DNA from: Balanoglossus misakiensis
Taxonomy: Eukaryota > Animalia > Hemichordata
Direction: 5' to 3'
NCBI GenBank assembly: GCA_040954595.2
Contig: CM082593.2
Span: forward strand, 4,357,434-4,421,433
DNA length: 64,000 nucleotides
Shown: positions 49,301 to 62,600 of the stretch, one piece after another
Layout of the letters: every line of letters starts with the position of its first letter
How positions within the stretch are numbered: position 1 is the stretch's first letter
Translations under genes and position numbers: made by a program
The notes under the pieces: generated by a model
Databases searched by the model: none
Told to the model about the DNA's origin: nothing
Seen by the model: the letters and a program-made list of their open reading frames with translations, nothing else

Positions 49301-52300
49301 GGTGGAGTGCTTCAGGTGCTAAGTGGGGCTGCACCTCGGGGGTGGTGATTTAGCACTGCAGTGGGTGTAGTCGCGGGCGAATTGTGACCCGGGCATGTCA
49401 AAAGTGTTAACACCCTGGATTTGTGTGTGAGCACAGCTGATACTTAGAGAAGGATGAGTCACTCCATGTTGTGCGGAGAGAGAATTAGCTTGCTGGATTG
49501 GTGTTGCTAATTGATTAGCAGTGCCAGAGTAGCTATTGCCTTGATTGCCATTACAGCCACTGCAGCAGATGTACAATGTGTTATACCTGTAACGCGTTGG
49601 TGTGGGCTCGTCATCATTGAAGCCATCCATCATGGCTTACGTGCGGTAAATTTGTCTAGCTCTTAGAAACAGCCCTTGTCGTCACCTCGTGCTAGATAAA
49701 ACAAACCTTGAAAACAATCAGAAATCAAAGGTGTGAAAAATTATTGGTAACTAAATAAAACTGTACAAGATGATTGCCAAGTTGAAAGATTAAAACAGAA
49801 GCAATCTGGCTAAAATAAGTATGGTAATATTTGCCACTTAATCTGTGTATTTGCTTGATTGAGCTAGGGAGCCTTTTTGTGTTCATGTCTACATTGCTCA
49901 GGAACTGTAGACTCCCCAGCCTAGCAAAATGAGCAAGTTTGTACATCAGGGTTACCATTTGAAGTGGGAAGAATCTGTCAGAGGACCCTCCCTGGCTCCT
50001 TAAACTTTAAAATATCCAGCACTACCACCCTGGTCTGTTGTATTACAATATAATGAAACCGAACTCCCCCGTAAAATAACACAGCGATATCGATTAGAAT
50101 ATATGACTGTAATTACACATGTAAAGACAATTCTTAAGATCATGTTTCTATCATAGGATTATCAAAGTATGAAATCTACATGATATTATGTTTTAAAAGC
50201 AAGTTGCCTGGAGCTAGCTTTGGCTTTGCTTTGCATTAATCAAAATTATACAGAAATTGATACACTGATAGTAATAACCTTTGTAAAATTAACAAATCTC
50301 TGAGAAATATCTAGGTATATGTTAATCTTCCAGATATATATTTTATGGCGTGTGAATGATATTGCATACATGTTTATCAATCAAAAATACATAAAAAAAA
50401 TATGTGCTTTCAAGGAGAAATTAACAAGATTGTAAACTGGAGTGTGCACCAGACAACTTTTGTTTGCCTGTTATCCGTGCGACAATGGGCGAAATGGTAG
50501 ACTCATGGAAATGGCCCTAGGGTTAACAGCCTGCCACACAGAACTGCATAAATTTAATCAGACATGTAGTTGTTTGATGCTCCAGGCAACTCTAGCACTG
50601 TTCGAGGGAGCCATTTGCAGGAACGGTGTCGTTGTACTGGGACGAAATGAAACAAATCTTAATCTCGCGGACAGGGAAAAAATATGGATCTCTTGTACGA
50701 TTTCTGATGTGTCTTCGCCGTTGGCGATGTTGAAACTCTTTGCTTTGTTCCACGTCATTGACTTGATGAAATAAAAACTTATGCATGAATGATATTACAG
50801 TAGATGCATTAGGTTATTGAAGAGATTGATAATTTCAGTTGAGAGTCAGTTTAATAAAGGTGACTGGAGTGAACTTCAGTGTATTTAAAATCTGTTATGC
50901 AAATGTTTTGTAACTGTATCATTGAACTTGTGGTATAAAATGCATATTTGCACAATCATTAAAGTTATTCTGCCAACAAGGTGCTGATTTCTTGATCATT
51001 GGAAAATGATATGTTGACAATTTTTGTGCACACAAATTATTTTTGTGCAAATAAATGTGTGTACAATTTACATGTATCTTTAGTATCATGCATGTTGGTT
51101 TTGACCATCAAAAACTTTCACTTAGCCCCCTTAACAAAATACTACATGTACATACTCTATGTATGTATTCCATCATCTGTTCATAGAAGATGGACTGCAC
51201 ACAGATCTTTTCAGCAGATGGCAGCAAACCTGTGAAAACAGAGAGTCTAGGGAAGCAGAATTTAGGGCTAATGTAATCACAGTTTGCATCCATTATTCTC
51301 CAAAATTCATGCAGATCCAATTCGTCCTCACACTCAAGGGAGACAAACCAATCACTTAAATGTTTAAAAGAATTGTTCAAATGAAACTTCGTCATCTGGC
51401 TTCACTCAAGGCGGGATAACAAGACACAGTGAAGAGCTTATCAACACAAAAAAGAGGCTTAATATTTCAGGAATTACAAATCTGATGATGTACTAGTATG
51501 TACAAATGTAAGTCTTTTGTGTAAAAGATTGGTGTAAATTCTTCTCAAATTTCAAAAAGTTTTTTTTCCTTCTAGGCACACAGCCAGTAAATTACTGTGA
51601 CTTTTATTTTGAGAAAATTTCTAAAAAATGGCTGTTTTGTCCAGTGGGAGAAGTACATGTCTGGCCAATCAAAAATGAGATAATTTTCACCTCTGTTACA
51701 CGCAAGCACAACATCTCTTTTGTTGCCAGTCAATTGAAGTCTGCGTTTCACTATAAATTGACGTCTGAGAATACGCTGGTTATTACAATAACCAGACAAG
51801 ACTTGTAGTATTAAAATGGAGTTCAATGAACAGTGTCTGGAGTTTCGATTAATCACTCACTCTCCGGGTGCAAAAAGGTGGAAGTCGGAGTGATTTGGTT
51901 CAGTGGCTGGTGTTATGTTGTAGGTTCCAGCGTGCTCATTGGATAAAGCAATCCATCATGGCTGCCAAATTAAGATTCCCCAGAATATACAGCACCATAA
52001 ATTCGTAATTATGTGAGGAGACAATGGAATTGAAACCAAATTGATGGGTTCAAATTTTTTGTCTGTATCTACACATACACATGTGGCCATTTTGGCTTGT
52101 AGGGAAAATGACAGATACATGTAGTTGACAAATGATATCGCGAAAATTTCCCGTTTTACAGTATTTATACCTATCATTTTGGCTCCGACTGTGTTTGTCA
52201 CAAATACACATCACTGCGGGAGTCGCAAGAACACCATCAATAATTAAAATAGTTTCAGTATTTCTACTAAATATAAAAATGGAATTGCTCCAACAGCAGG

Positions 52301-53657
52301 TGCTGAGTGATTTTATTTCTTCTTTGATTGGTGGATATGTCAATAAATAGTCTCTATATCCCGAGGGAGGAAGCTTTGCCTGTGCATCAGAAAGATAAGA
52401 CAAGCTATCATCTTCAGTTGGCATTTAGAAAACAGTGGGCCCTACCAGTATACTATCATTGTTGTTCATATGTGCAGAATTAACTAGGACCTAGCCATGG
52501 TTAAAATAATCCTGTCTCAGAGATTAAATTTGCAGCCCTATTTTTTAAATAACCATACAGTACAGTGTTATTGCAATACGCAATAAAAACATTGTTCAAT
52601 GGTAGTCGGTCTTACACAGAAGTGTTGGCTTAAAAATAAATTTCAGTTAACTTTAGTTTGATGTCGTACTCATAAATAAACGGACTGATATTTAATGGAA
52701 ACATAATAAAATTGATATCATATATATAATAGGTGTTGATGTCATACTTGCCTATAAAACAGAACTACTGGTGTACGTTTGTGTATATATATTTATGGAA
52801 ATCTAATAAAATTGATATTATCCTATAATTTTAGATAGTCCTGTAAAAATCAAGAAGAACAGAGTTTTGATTGACCCCTGCATTCATAAAATATTAAAAT
52901 AGGAGAATGAGTTTGTGTTGATTGAATTCGAATCCTGATAATGTGAAAATGTTTTCACCGGATTACACCAGTGGGGCATGTTGCAGCATACAGCATACAT
53001 TGTCAAATAAATGTTTTGCATGATATGAATTCAAACAGAAAATTGAATGAACAATGAATGTTTGCAATCAACCCCCAGCCAAGCCCATACCGTGTTAAAA
53101 CTCGGGTCTGGGATCTTCAGTCCCATAAATAAAGTTCTGGAGGAACTTTTATTTAGACATTGATCACATATTTTATGTATGTCGGGGCTGAAAATGAGCT
53201 CTAAAGCATGTTTCAGGGCCACCACCGTCCCAGCCCTACCTATAAATCAGCAGTGATAAAACTCAGTCAGATGCCAGCATCAGACGTTTCCGCGTTGACT
53301 GGTTGCACTTGTCAAATTTCTCCAACGTTTAATGGACGACAGATTGGGAAATATCAAGATTTGATGTGAAATGTTCGTGCTTTTTACTCGATTGCTGACA
53401 GGAAGGGACAGATGATTTGATTACAAGTGTTGAATCGGTGGAGTGATAGATGGGGCTTCTGTGAAATGACTTTGCGGGAAGTCTGTCGGAGCGATTTTGT
53501 CTGGACTTGTGCGACTGTCAAAATCATGGAAATTCACCACAGATGGTCAATCGAATCAGTCTAAACAAAGAACGATAGCACTGTGAACAACAGGATGTAT
53601 GTATGTAAAGAGCTTGGTGATAGAACGGCCGGGTCCAGCTTAAATCGCTGATGTACC

Positions 53658-53692
53658 AAAATCCCCCCCTAGAAATCAAATGGTTGTCCCCT
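53658..53692. mobile_element. Isolated terminal repeat of a probable Harbinger-like MITE
   Basis: aaaatccccccctagaaatcaaatggttgtcccct. Its reverse complement (agggg...catttgatttct-G-run) has the form of such termini. The partner end was not located. Confidence 0.3.
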
Positions 53693-56600
53693 GATCAATT
53701 TCTGAAAGTGATGATAAGGACAGACACCCCAATGCATTCCTTTTGAAAAAAAATACTCTCAAAAAATAGAGAATTTGTAAATGAATATCAGTGATAAGAT
53801 AGCCGAATCTTAGATGGAGTGATTATGTTTACAGTCTTGTCAATTACCGGGAGATGCTTAGTAGCAGTTGTAGTAGAAACACTATTCCAATGAAAACACG
53901 CTGGACTCGTGCATAAGGGTGCAGAAGGCAATACGTCTAAATGTATTCTCTGTGTGGAATGTATTACATACCTGCATCTATATCACCAATCCGTATTTCA
54001 ATCCATCATCACATAATACGCGTACTCATGAAGTTGTAAAAATAGCCCCAGCTTGTGTTCCAATATGTTAGAAGGTGTCGATTATAAAATCTGACATATG
54101 GTTAGATCTGATTCCTTGCTTTTTTGGGAAGCGTATCATCTGCTGGTACATGTATAGAATCCATTCTGGTGGTATTGGCTCTGTTAGACTGGAATGACAA
54201 GAATAGACGGAACATCCACCGTCAAAATTTGAGATTGGAGAGTCTGGATCTGTACATCTTGTCAAGTACATTGTAAAAACCAATTATTTATGGACAGTAC
54301 CTGTTTTTCTTTCTAAGTGTAAATGACAAACTATTTCATTACAATTTTATGGTAGAGGCAGCCATTTTCAAGCAGTATAGTTAATGTTGCAGAGAACGGC
54401 CCGATTCCTTTTCAATTGATGGTTTGATGAATGTTATGGTATTCACCTCCAAGACTTTTAATCAGTATGTACATCATGTGTGTAAATAGTCTGCATTTTG
54501 GTGCAGAAAGCAGAGCCGATGTCGGATCTCAATAAGAGGAGTTGGCGAAACTGTGATATAAATCTGGCATTGACAAGACTAGGACAAGTACTTTTGCTTG
54601 AAATCATGATTTGTATAACATTAACTTAGATAGTGTCGTGTGCTCACGTGCAGAAGTATCGCGTTGATGTAGATTTGAACAGCTAAAACAAGCCAGTTCG
54701 TGTCATATTGATTTCGAGTTGTTGATTTCGTCCCCAAAAAATCATGTTTCAGCAGTTGGTTTGCCTTGTGAGGCACTGTGTCAAAGGTCACCAACCAGAC
54801 CAGACTATTTACCAACAGACACCCATACTCACTAATATTAGTGATGCCAAGAAAGTACAGTTCGGCAGTAAATTCACGTAGCGGTCTTCACATGAGAGAA
54901 AGCGAGGGAAAATGAAACCACGCAATGAACGTCCTGGATTCCAGTAAGCTGAGATTTGGCAATTATTGGTCATTGTTGGTCAAAAATTAGCGGTGAAAGA
55001 TTACCAATTTTATGCTTTAATATTTTTTTAATGAAAAATACCTGGTATACATATGTCTATACACTCTATTGTGAATTTTCAAACTGCTTTGGCAGCGAGC
55101 TTCTCGATGACTCAACCATTCTATTATTGGTACAAGCCAGACAGAAACCTGAATCAATATCACAGCAAACATTCTGCAATTTGATAGTGGGCATTTGAAT
55201 AAAACATGAAATAAAGATATTGCTTGTTTGAGTGTGACAGGCCAACGCAGAACGCTAGGAATGGGCAGCCGTTAACTCAATATAACTTGGAATGTTCATG
55301 CTGTTGTCTCCTGGTATTGATACACTACAAGTATTTTTTGTTGCTAACAAAATTCTGCTTGCCGAAATTTGAACAACGTTTTCCATCGGCTATAGAAGGA
55401 TAAAAGTTGACATTGGAAGATTCAAGCTTTGCACTCACTTCACCTAAAATTAAAATGAGCAGAAAAGTTTTTAAAAAATTGACAATAAAAATAATGGTAA
55501 GTGCACAGGGGTGAAATTTGCTCTTTATACAGGAATGCGAAAATGGCTTGGTAACCTTATATATTAGCTATTACAAAGGCCTGCCGACTGGTGTGAAATG
55601 TATGCGGTCTTAAATTATCCATCTCGAGTAGTCTCAGAGTACAAAGTTAGAAAATCAGCCATAAGTCTTGTAAAAGTAGAAGTGTAAATGGGACAATAGA
55701 CGCATGCACTAGACATGCAGTCTATCGGTGGGAAGAAGTTTCCTCAACCGGTGACAGAAATTGCATGAAGCTTCAACTCATGTTTGAAATACTGCCGGCC
55801 AATGGCTGGCCAAGTAAAGTGTGTGTTTAGGGAGAGGGGTTATTGATTTTTTCCCAATTGTAGCACATTTTTCTGTGTGTAACCCAAGCTTTTCATTTGC
55901 CTAGTCAAATTTACTTTGCCCACTGACAGGGCTCTCAGACAGAGCTGGTGAATTCAAACATGAGTACCATTGAAGGCTAGCAACAAGTTGGTTTTGTGTG
56001 TCGCTGTCAGTAGGAAACGGTTTTGTTTTTCCAACACTGTATTATCTATCATTCATGCATGCAAAAGTGTGATTAAACTATGAATCATCGATTTGAAACT
56101 GGTGAATTTTGTAATACCGTAGACAAAGGAGTTTCTGTAGCACAGATGAAAATGAAGGACTGTTTGAAATTGATAATGGTAAATGTATCTCAAGAAAAGT
56201 TGGAAAAATTCCAAAATATTCCATGTAGTTGTACTGTTTGGGCAAATTCTGTAGAAAACAATGGATTTGGAATGAACCATGGTGGTGATAAGGGTTGAAG
56301 TTTGCAAACAATTTTGCAAGGCATTGAAAATCACAGCTTGAAGACGAGAAACATCAAAACATCTTGAGGAGAATGGATGTTTCCCTAATAAGCTGAAGAG
56401 TGGCCTTCAAGAGAAACGTCTTATTGGGATGTGTCAGACACTGGCTTATGTTACTTGCGACTGCCATACTTCATTATTGCTTAGGAATAGGAGTTGCATA
56501 CTGTATGCAGCTGGCATCAGTTTGAGGTCTGGCTTTGCCCATGCAACTGACATCTGCTGAGCAGGGATTTTCGAAGTTCAGTTATGCAAATTAGTCAGAG

Positions 56601-59600
56601 CTGAGTCATTTACTACAGTTTTGACCAATGAGAGACAATATTGAAAGGCCCAACTTTTGATATTGCGTTAACAAGAACTTGAAGAAGGAAGAATTTTTTT
56701 TCAAGAGACCAGGTATTAAATCCAAACCTTGCATGCAAGGTGATGTTAAGTCATGTAAGGTCATGTGTGTGTGTATAATTGGTTTATTAATCCTCTCTGC
56801 ATTTTGGTTATTGTAGTGACCTGAAAATCCCTGAATATGATTGGAATGATGACATTTACAGAAAATAATTGGAAACTGTGTTCAGCGTTGATGGATTAAA
56901 TTTCAAAGGGTGTTTAGAATAAGACTGATGGAATTAATTTTGTAGTGGCTGTATTGAACCTTGCTTGTCCCAACGTGACTTGTAGTAAACAATCCGAAAC
57001 TCTTTCTGCATGTGGTGCTGTTTCTGTATGTTTGTTGAGATTTTTTCAGCAAACATTTACAGCTTGTGTGTCTGATTTAGTAGTTCAATATTGACCCTTG
57101 TCTAGTGACTAGCCACAGGTTTGCTCGAAAACACTGGGAAGAGTCTAGACTATTGTGACCGGGAACAGAAGTTGTCATCAATGCAAGCAGTGATTCTCTG
57201 ATTCATATAATCCCATCATAAAAGTTACAAGTAGTGAAATATCATATATTTGTGGTAGTGTTTCAATGGCTGTTGTAGTATCCTGAACACTGTTGACCTT
57301 TGACCCGAGTTTACCCAGAGTTCTGTTGCTGTCCTTCCTTGGCGGCCATCTTGTGTTCACATGAATAAAGTGTTATTAATCTGTTAACATCGCATGTATC
57401 ATTGGCCATCTACGCGGTCACTATAGCTGTGTATCTATATTTGAATAATTAACCTAACAAAAGATTATCTGCGTGAAAACCTAGTTACACACAAACTTCA
57501 CAGAAATCTGAAGTTGTAAAAACTGATTCAGAATTGGACTAACGTCACCCCCACTTTAATACAACTATCGTTTGGTTGTAAGTTCTTTAAATTAAATCTA
57601 CTCTCAACTTCCTGTTTTTAAAAAGTCAAGTAAAAGTATTGGATTTCCAACAATTCTATGTCATCGTGCCGGAACACGTTAATGCAATGTTCTGTCACCA
57701 AGGTTCTTGTTGTAGTAACCGTCTTCCAGTTGCCTAGCAACACATGTGGATGCCAGTAGATAAGGAAGAAGGTCCAGACAGTTTGCGTTATTGAATCAAA
57801 GACTAAATACACTTTTCAGGCTGGACGTGTGTGGGGGTTTGTAGCTAGTTTGATTTTTGGAGAGTGGTGAGAATTGTCAGAAACTGTGGACAGTTTTACC
57901 CTCCACTAAGTGCAATCTGTGTACATTATTTGGGATCCATAGTGATTGTGTCTGTGAAATGACATAGTGAGAGAATTCTGTCAGTGGTGGATATCTGTCA
58001 GACTGAATAATGTATTTGCTTTTTGTGTTGGCTAGTGTGAATCAGCATTTACACAGTGCTAACTTACTAGAGAGTAGTATTTATTAAAGTGCACAACTTG
58101 TGACACTGTTGATACAACCCACACCTGCACAGCACATTTTCTGGTGTATGAAACTGAAAGACAACTATGAATATACTTTGTGAATGATTTAGACATGTAT
58201 GCATGCTGAAAACCAGACCCAAAGCCAAGATAAAGAGGGCATCCATACAGATTATACATATGTGCATGTGTTAAGAATGTACCTGTGGTGGCGATTGCTA
58301 AGTAATATTGAATTCAAATCTAGTTAAGGTGTCACAAATGAAATTACGATAAAAGCATATGTCCATAAGATCAGCTTGGGCAATGAATGCATGCACAAAG
58401 TGCTAAAAAGGCCGTCTAAATAGAATTATTCAGAATGAGATGATGAAGGTGGAATTTTTGGGTTTGTAGAGATCAATTGAAGAGTTTGCCAGTGGCAGCT
58501 GCTACTGGGCGGATTGTGGTCTGAAAAGAGCTGGCCCTTCTCTGAATGTGTTTGCTTTTCATTCAGGAGTTGACATCAGCCAATTATCAGGCAAACGTAA
58601 TAAACAAGAATGTGTGAAGAGGTCAGAGGTCGCAGAACACATTGATTGGTGGGGGCGAGAGGTGGCTTGTTAAGGTGTCGGGGATGATTGACACCTAATA
58701 TAGTGAGCGAGGAGGTCGTGTAAGGTCGCACAAGGTGTAAACTGAACAAAAGTTGTTTGATCCAGGGCTTTAGTGTGAGAGACTTTAGCGTTTCCGGCCG
58801 GCGTGTGTTTCTGTTGTGTAGTCTGTGGTTTGGGTTATGAGACCAGGCTTTGTAAGCATGCATCAATACCTGGAGAGTGTTCCCCTTGTTGAGATGTGCC
58901 TACAACCGTCTGGTCTTCAAAGTACAGCGAACAACTTAAAAAGGCCATTCAATCGGAAGAAATTAACTTTGTTTTGTGTGTTTGTTTACTAGTCTTTGCC
59001 CAGAAATGTGACGCTTTTTGGACATAGCAATGGACAGTTTTTCCCACTGAGTCTTATACATGAAAAATCAACATTCATATCTGCCCAGTGTCAAACAAGG
59101 CATGGTGATAAAATTATTAAACTTACAAAGTGGTTTACAATACTTTGGTTTGTTGGAGTTTCTGACATGTTAATGTGAGTGACACATCTGTATTGACATG
59201 ATCATCAGAACAGGTGATGGAGGGATTTTAGCTTCATTGTGTTCCTCATAGCAATACTGTTAATTTCCTGGCCTTATATGAGATTCCCCTGTCACTGTGT
59301 AAATTATCTCTGTGACAATCTTATACTACTGGGCATATCTCAGAGACCAAAACATTCTACTTTGCAGATCTAGTTTGCAATTGAATATGGTTACCGCTAT
59401 TTCACGATTTAACATGGCAGGGATGTGGATATTATCGTGGTGTTAATCAAATTGGATTACTTAATCAAGTTAATTGGTGTTAATTAAATTGTTTTCAAAA
59501 TCAAGATAATTGATATTGATGAAATTGTTTACCATGACAAGGTAAAATACTGATATGTGGATGGAGTTGCTGTGTTGGCAGTAAGCCATGTTACTGGTGA

Positions 59601-62600
59601 TACACCTGATAATATCGTGTCACTTACACAGACACACTAACACCTGGGTAAAGAAAAGCAAAAAAAAAGAATGTTCATTGTTGGCTGATAAAATTATCAA
59701 AGAAAGACTAACAACAAGTCAAATAGTAATCCTATTCTGAGGGAAACGTGAAAACAGAGCTGTAAAGAATTTGGAAAGGGAAGTCTGGACACCACAATAC
59801 CGGTGCTGTTTGTTTGACGGAAGAAAGTTGGGGTTTATGTTGGAAATTGGTCACTGCTGATGCATGTCCTGAATCATAAAAGCCCTCGACCAGAAGGGAT
59901 ATTTTGTTGTATACAAATAGCTTGAGCCGTACACCAAAGGTCGGGGGGGGACTGTTTTGCTTCATCACTCACACCTGCGGTCCACCTGGTTCATATTTCC
60001 AAGAGAGAAAAAAAAATAAAGCCCTTCAAAATAATTAAAACAGGCACGAGTAGCTTTAGTCGGTAGCTGCGTATTACTTGTATTTAGGGGAAGTTTTGAC
60101 AGCCTATGCACTTACCCAGAAACACTGGAGTGTGCGAGAATGGGCGATGGACAGCACTGGGGGAGGATTTGTGAAATACTACTTGTTGTAAATCACCAAA
60201 TGTTGTGAAAATGTCTAGTACATTGCTAGTTGTCAAATGCACAGCGGGGCAACCGCGAGAGAGGGCACTTGAAAAAATATGCGTCAAAGCCTCCAGTAAT
60301 GCTACATGTACACTTTGAACTGACATAGTGGATTGGAGATTTGAAATTATTCTGGGAAAGTATAAATTATGACTATCCTGTGTGCCTTTGTTTGGTTATT
60401 TCTGGTTTTTGTCCAATGGTTTTTCCTGGCGAAGAACAAAACTATTTACTGTTGGGCCCTGTGGAATGAAATACCTCACTCTCTCTCCCTGTGAGATGGA
60501 ATATGAAACTCGGTGTGTACCACAAAACTTTAAAACTTAAATTATTAATAATTATATTATCTTTCATAAAGAAATCAGTCAAATATGGGTGCATTGTTTT
60601 TGATAAGGTCTGGGGAACATTGGTACATGTATGTAACATGCAGAAATGAGATCGATGCTTAAAACATAGAATCTTTAAACATTCATGTTGTACATATATT
60701 GAACATTGAATAATAGAATATGTAGTCAGAGTACATGTTCAGAGTCCACAATTAATTATAGTTTTTTTTTTCACTAATCCAGTTAATAATTAGTTTTATT
60801 AAGACAAATTGCCAAGTTGTACACTGTAATATATGTAAGCTTGTCAAACCACAAATGTTGTCATGGCAACCAAAGATTGTACCACCACTGTGCATGACCT
60901 CTGGCATTTCTGTTGAAACTGCAAGATGGATGTAATTTGCTGCTGTCTATCACCATGGAAACCCGTATACAAAAGTGTGTCAGTTTCTGTGACTTTCGGT
61001 TGAGGACAATGGTGCATTTTTTAGCTGCAAGTGACGTTGTAAGTCTTGAAATTTAGCAAATTTCAGGTACACTGAAAATGCTTCATAAATATTGCATATG
61101 TATACAAACTCTGTATAGTTTCCACAGCAGGGATAAATGCAGTCTCTGATTTTGTGAAAAAAAATCTGGAAAGGCAATCTATTTTCGGTGATAATCAACA
61201 ACCAGGGTGCATATACAGTGTAAATGTTTGATGAATTGGTGTCATTAGATTTTGAAGAGTTAAAACACAATGACAGGGAGCACACCATTTATCTTGGCTG
61301 ATGAAATTTTACGACGAACAAAGGCATCATGCAAAATTCTATCAATCAATGATAAGCCGCAGTTTGAACTCCAAATGTGATTATCGTCGACTCTGGAATC
61401 ATCAATATCACTTGAATTATTCTCTGCTCTCAATATATTTTTTTTCGTCTATTTTTCACAGACATTCTCGTCTATCACGTGTAGCTTTCCGCACCATATG
61501 CACATCACAATATTTTTACTGCCCGCTGTTGCACTAACAAGTGAAACAGCAATTTCAGGTGCAGCTTTTGGGGTTCTTGTTTTCAGTCGTAAGAAAATGA
61601 AAATTCCACACTTCTCAGAAAAAAAGAACATCTTTTGTCTTGGCAGTCGCACTGAACTATGCTTACTCCAAGTTTATGTAAATGTAGATTATGATTTTTG
61701 ATTTCTACACTGAATCTTAAGCATATCTCACATATTAAGCAAATTAATATTAAACAGAAAATTCACCATCTCCAAGAATGATTTCTCTTGCACTGGAACA
61801 ATAATCAAATGCAGATTTGTGTTCATTCCTTCGATTGCCTGTGGGTGTAGCCTCATCTGAACTCCTTGGATACGACCCATCGTCAACCTGATCCCCTTCT
61901 CAGTAGATGTACATGGTCATATATCCCCATTAGGCTTCTTGCTACTGTGAAAACAGCCACCTTTCCAAACACCTTGTACATATGTCAGATTATCAATGAA
62001 GATTTTCCATAAGACCTTAAATCAAAAGAACTGCAGATCCGATGAAGGGTGTGTTTCATTCCCTCGTGAATCATTATTTTATTATTTTGTGAACCGTGTA
62101 AAAAGCCTTTTTCAATATTTCAGAAAGATTCAGTGTTTAGCCTGGAGGGGAAAATGTCTAGTGGTACATGTGTATGATTTATGTAGTAATCATGGAGATG
62201 TCTGGTCTGGCTGTACAGTCTTGTGGGGCCTTCTGCGAAGTCTGAGATACAGTTCAAATGCAAAGTTTTTTTCTTGAAATCACAAAACATAATTCAGGAA
62301 CTCAAATAACCCACCCTGGTAAACTCTGAAATGCTCAAAAGTGCGCATTTACCTATTTCCATGGCATAGTCAACATGCAAATAAAACATTTGCATGATAC
62401 CATGGCAACAGCATTATGCAGACGGAAGCATTCACAGAATACCATGGCAACAGCAGTGTTCTGTGTATCCTTGCAGGAAACCTCATCTTCACATCAATTC
62501 CCATGAATCAAGGGCAAATTAAACCCAACGATATAAGGATGAGCTCGCATTCCCCAAAGTTGAACAAATAATGGGAAGAATTTATTCCTGGCTTCTGCTC

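Noticed and set aside
58567-58673. Possible second exon of the downstream gene after ttttcattcag
   Set aside because: The phase-1 frame hits TAA without a convincing donor and shows no domain similarity.
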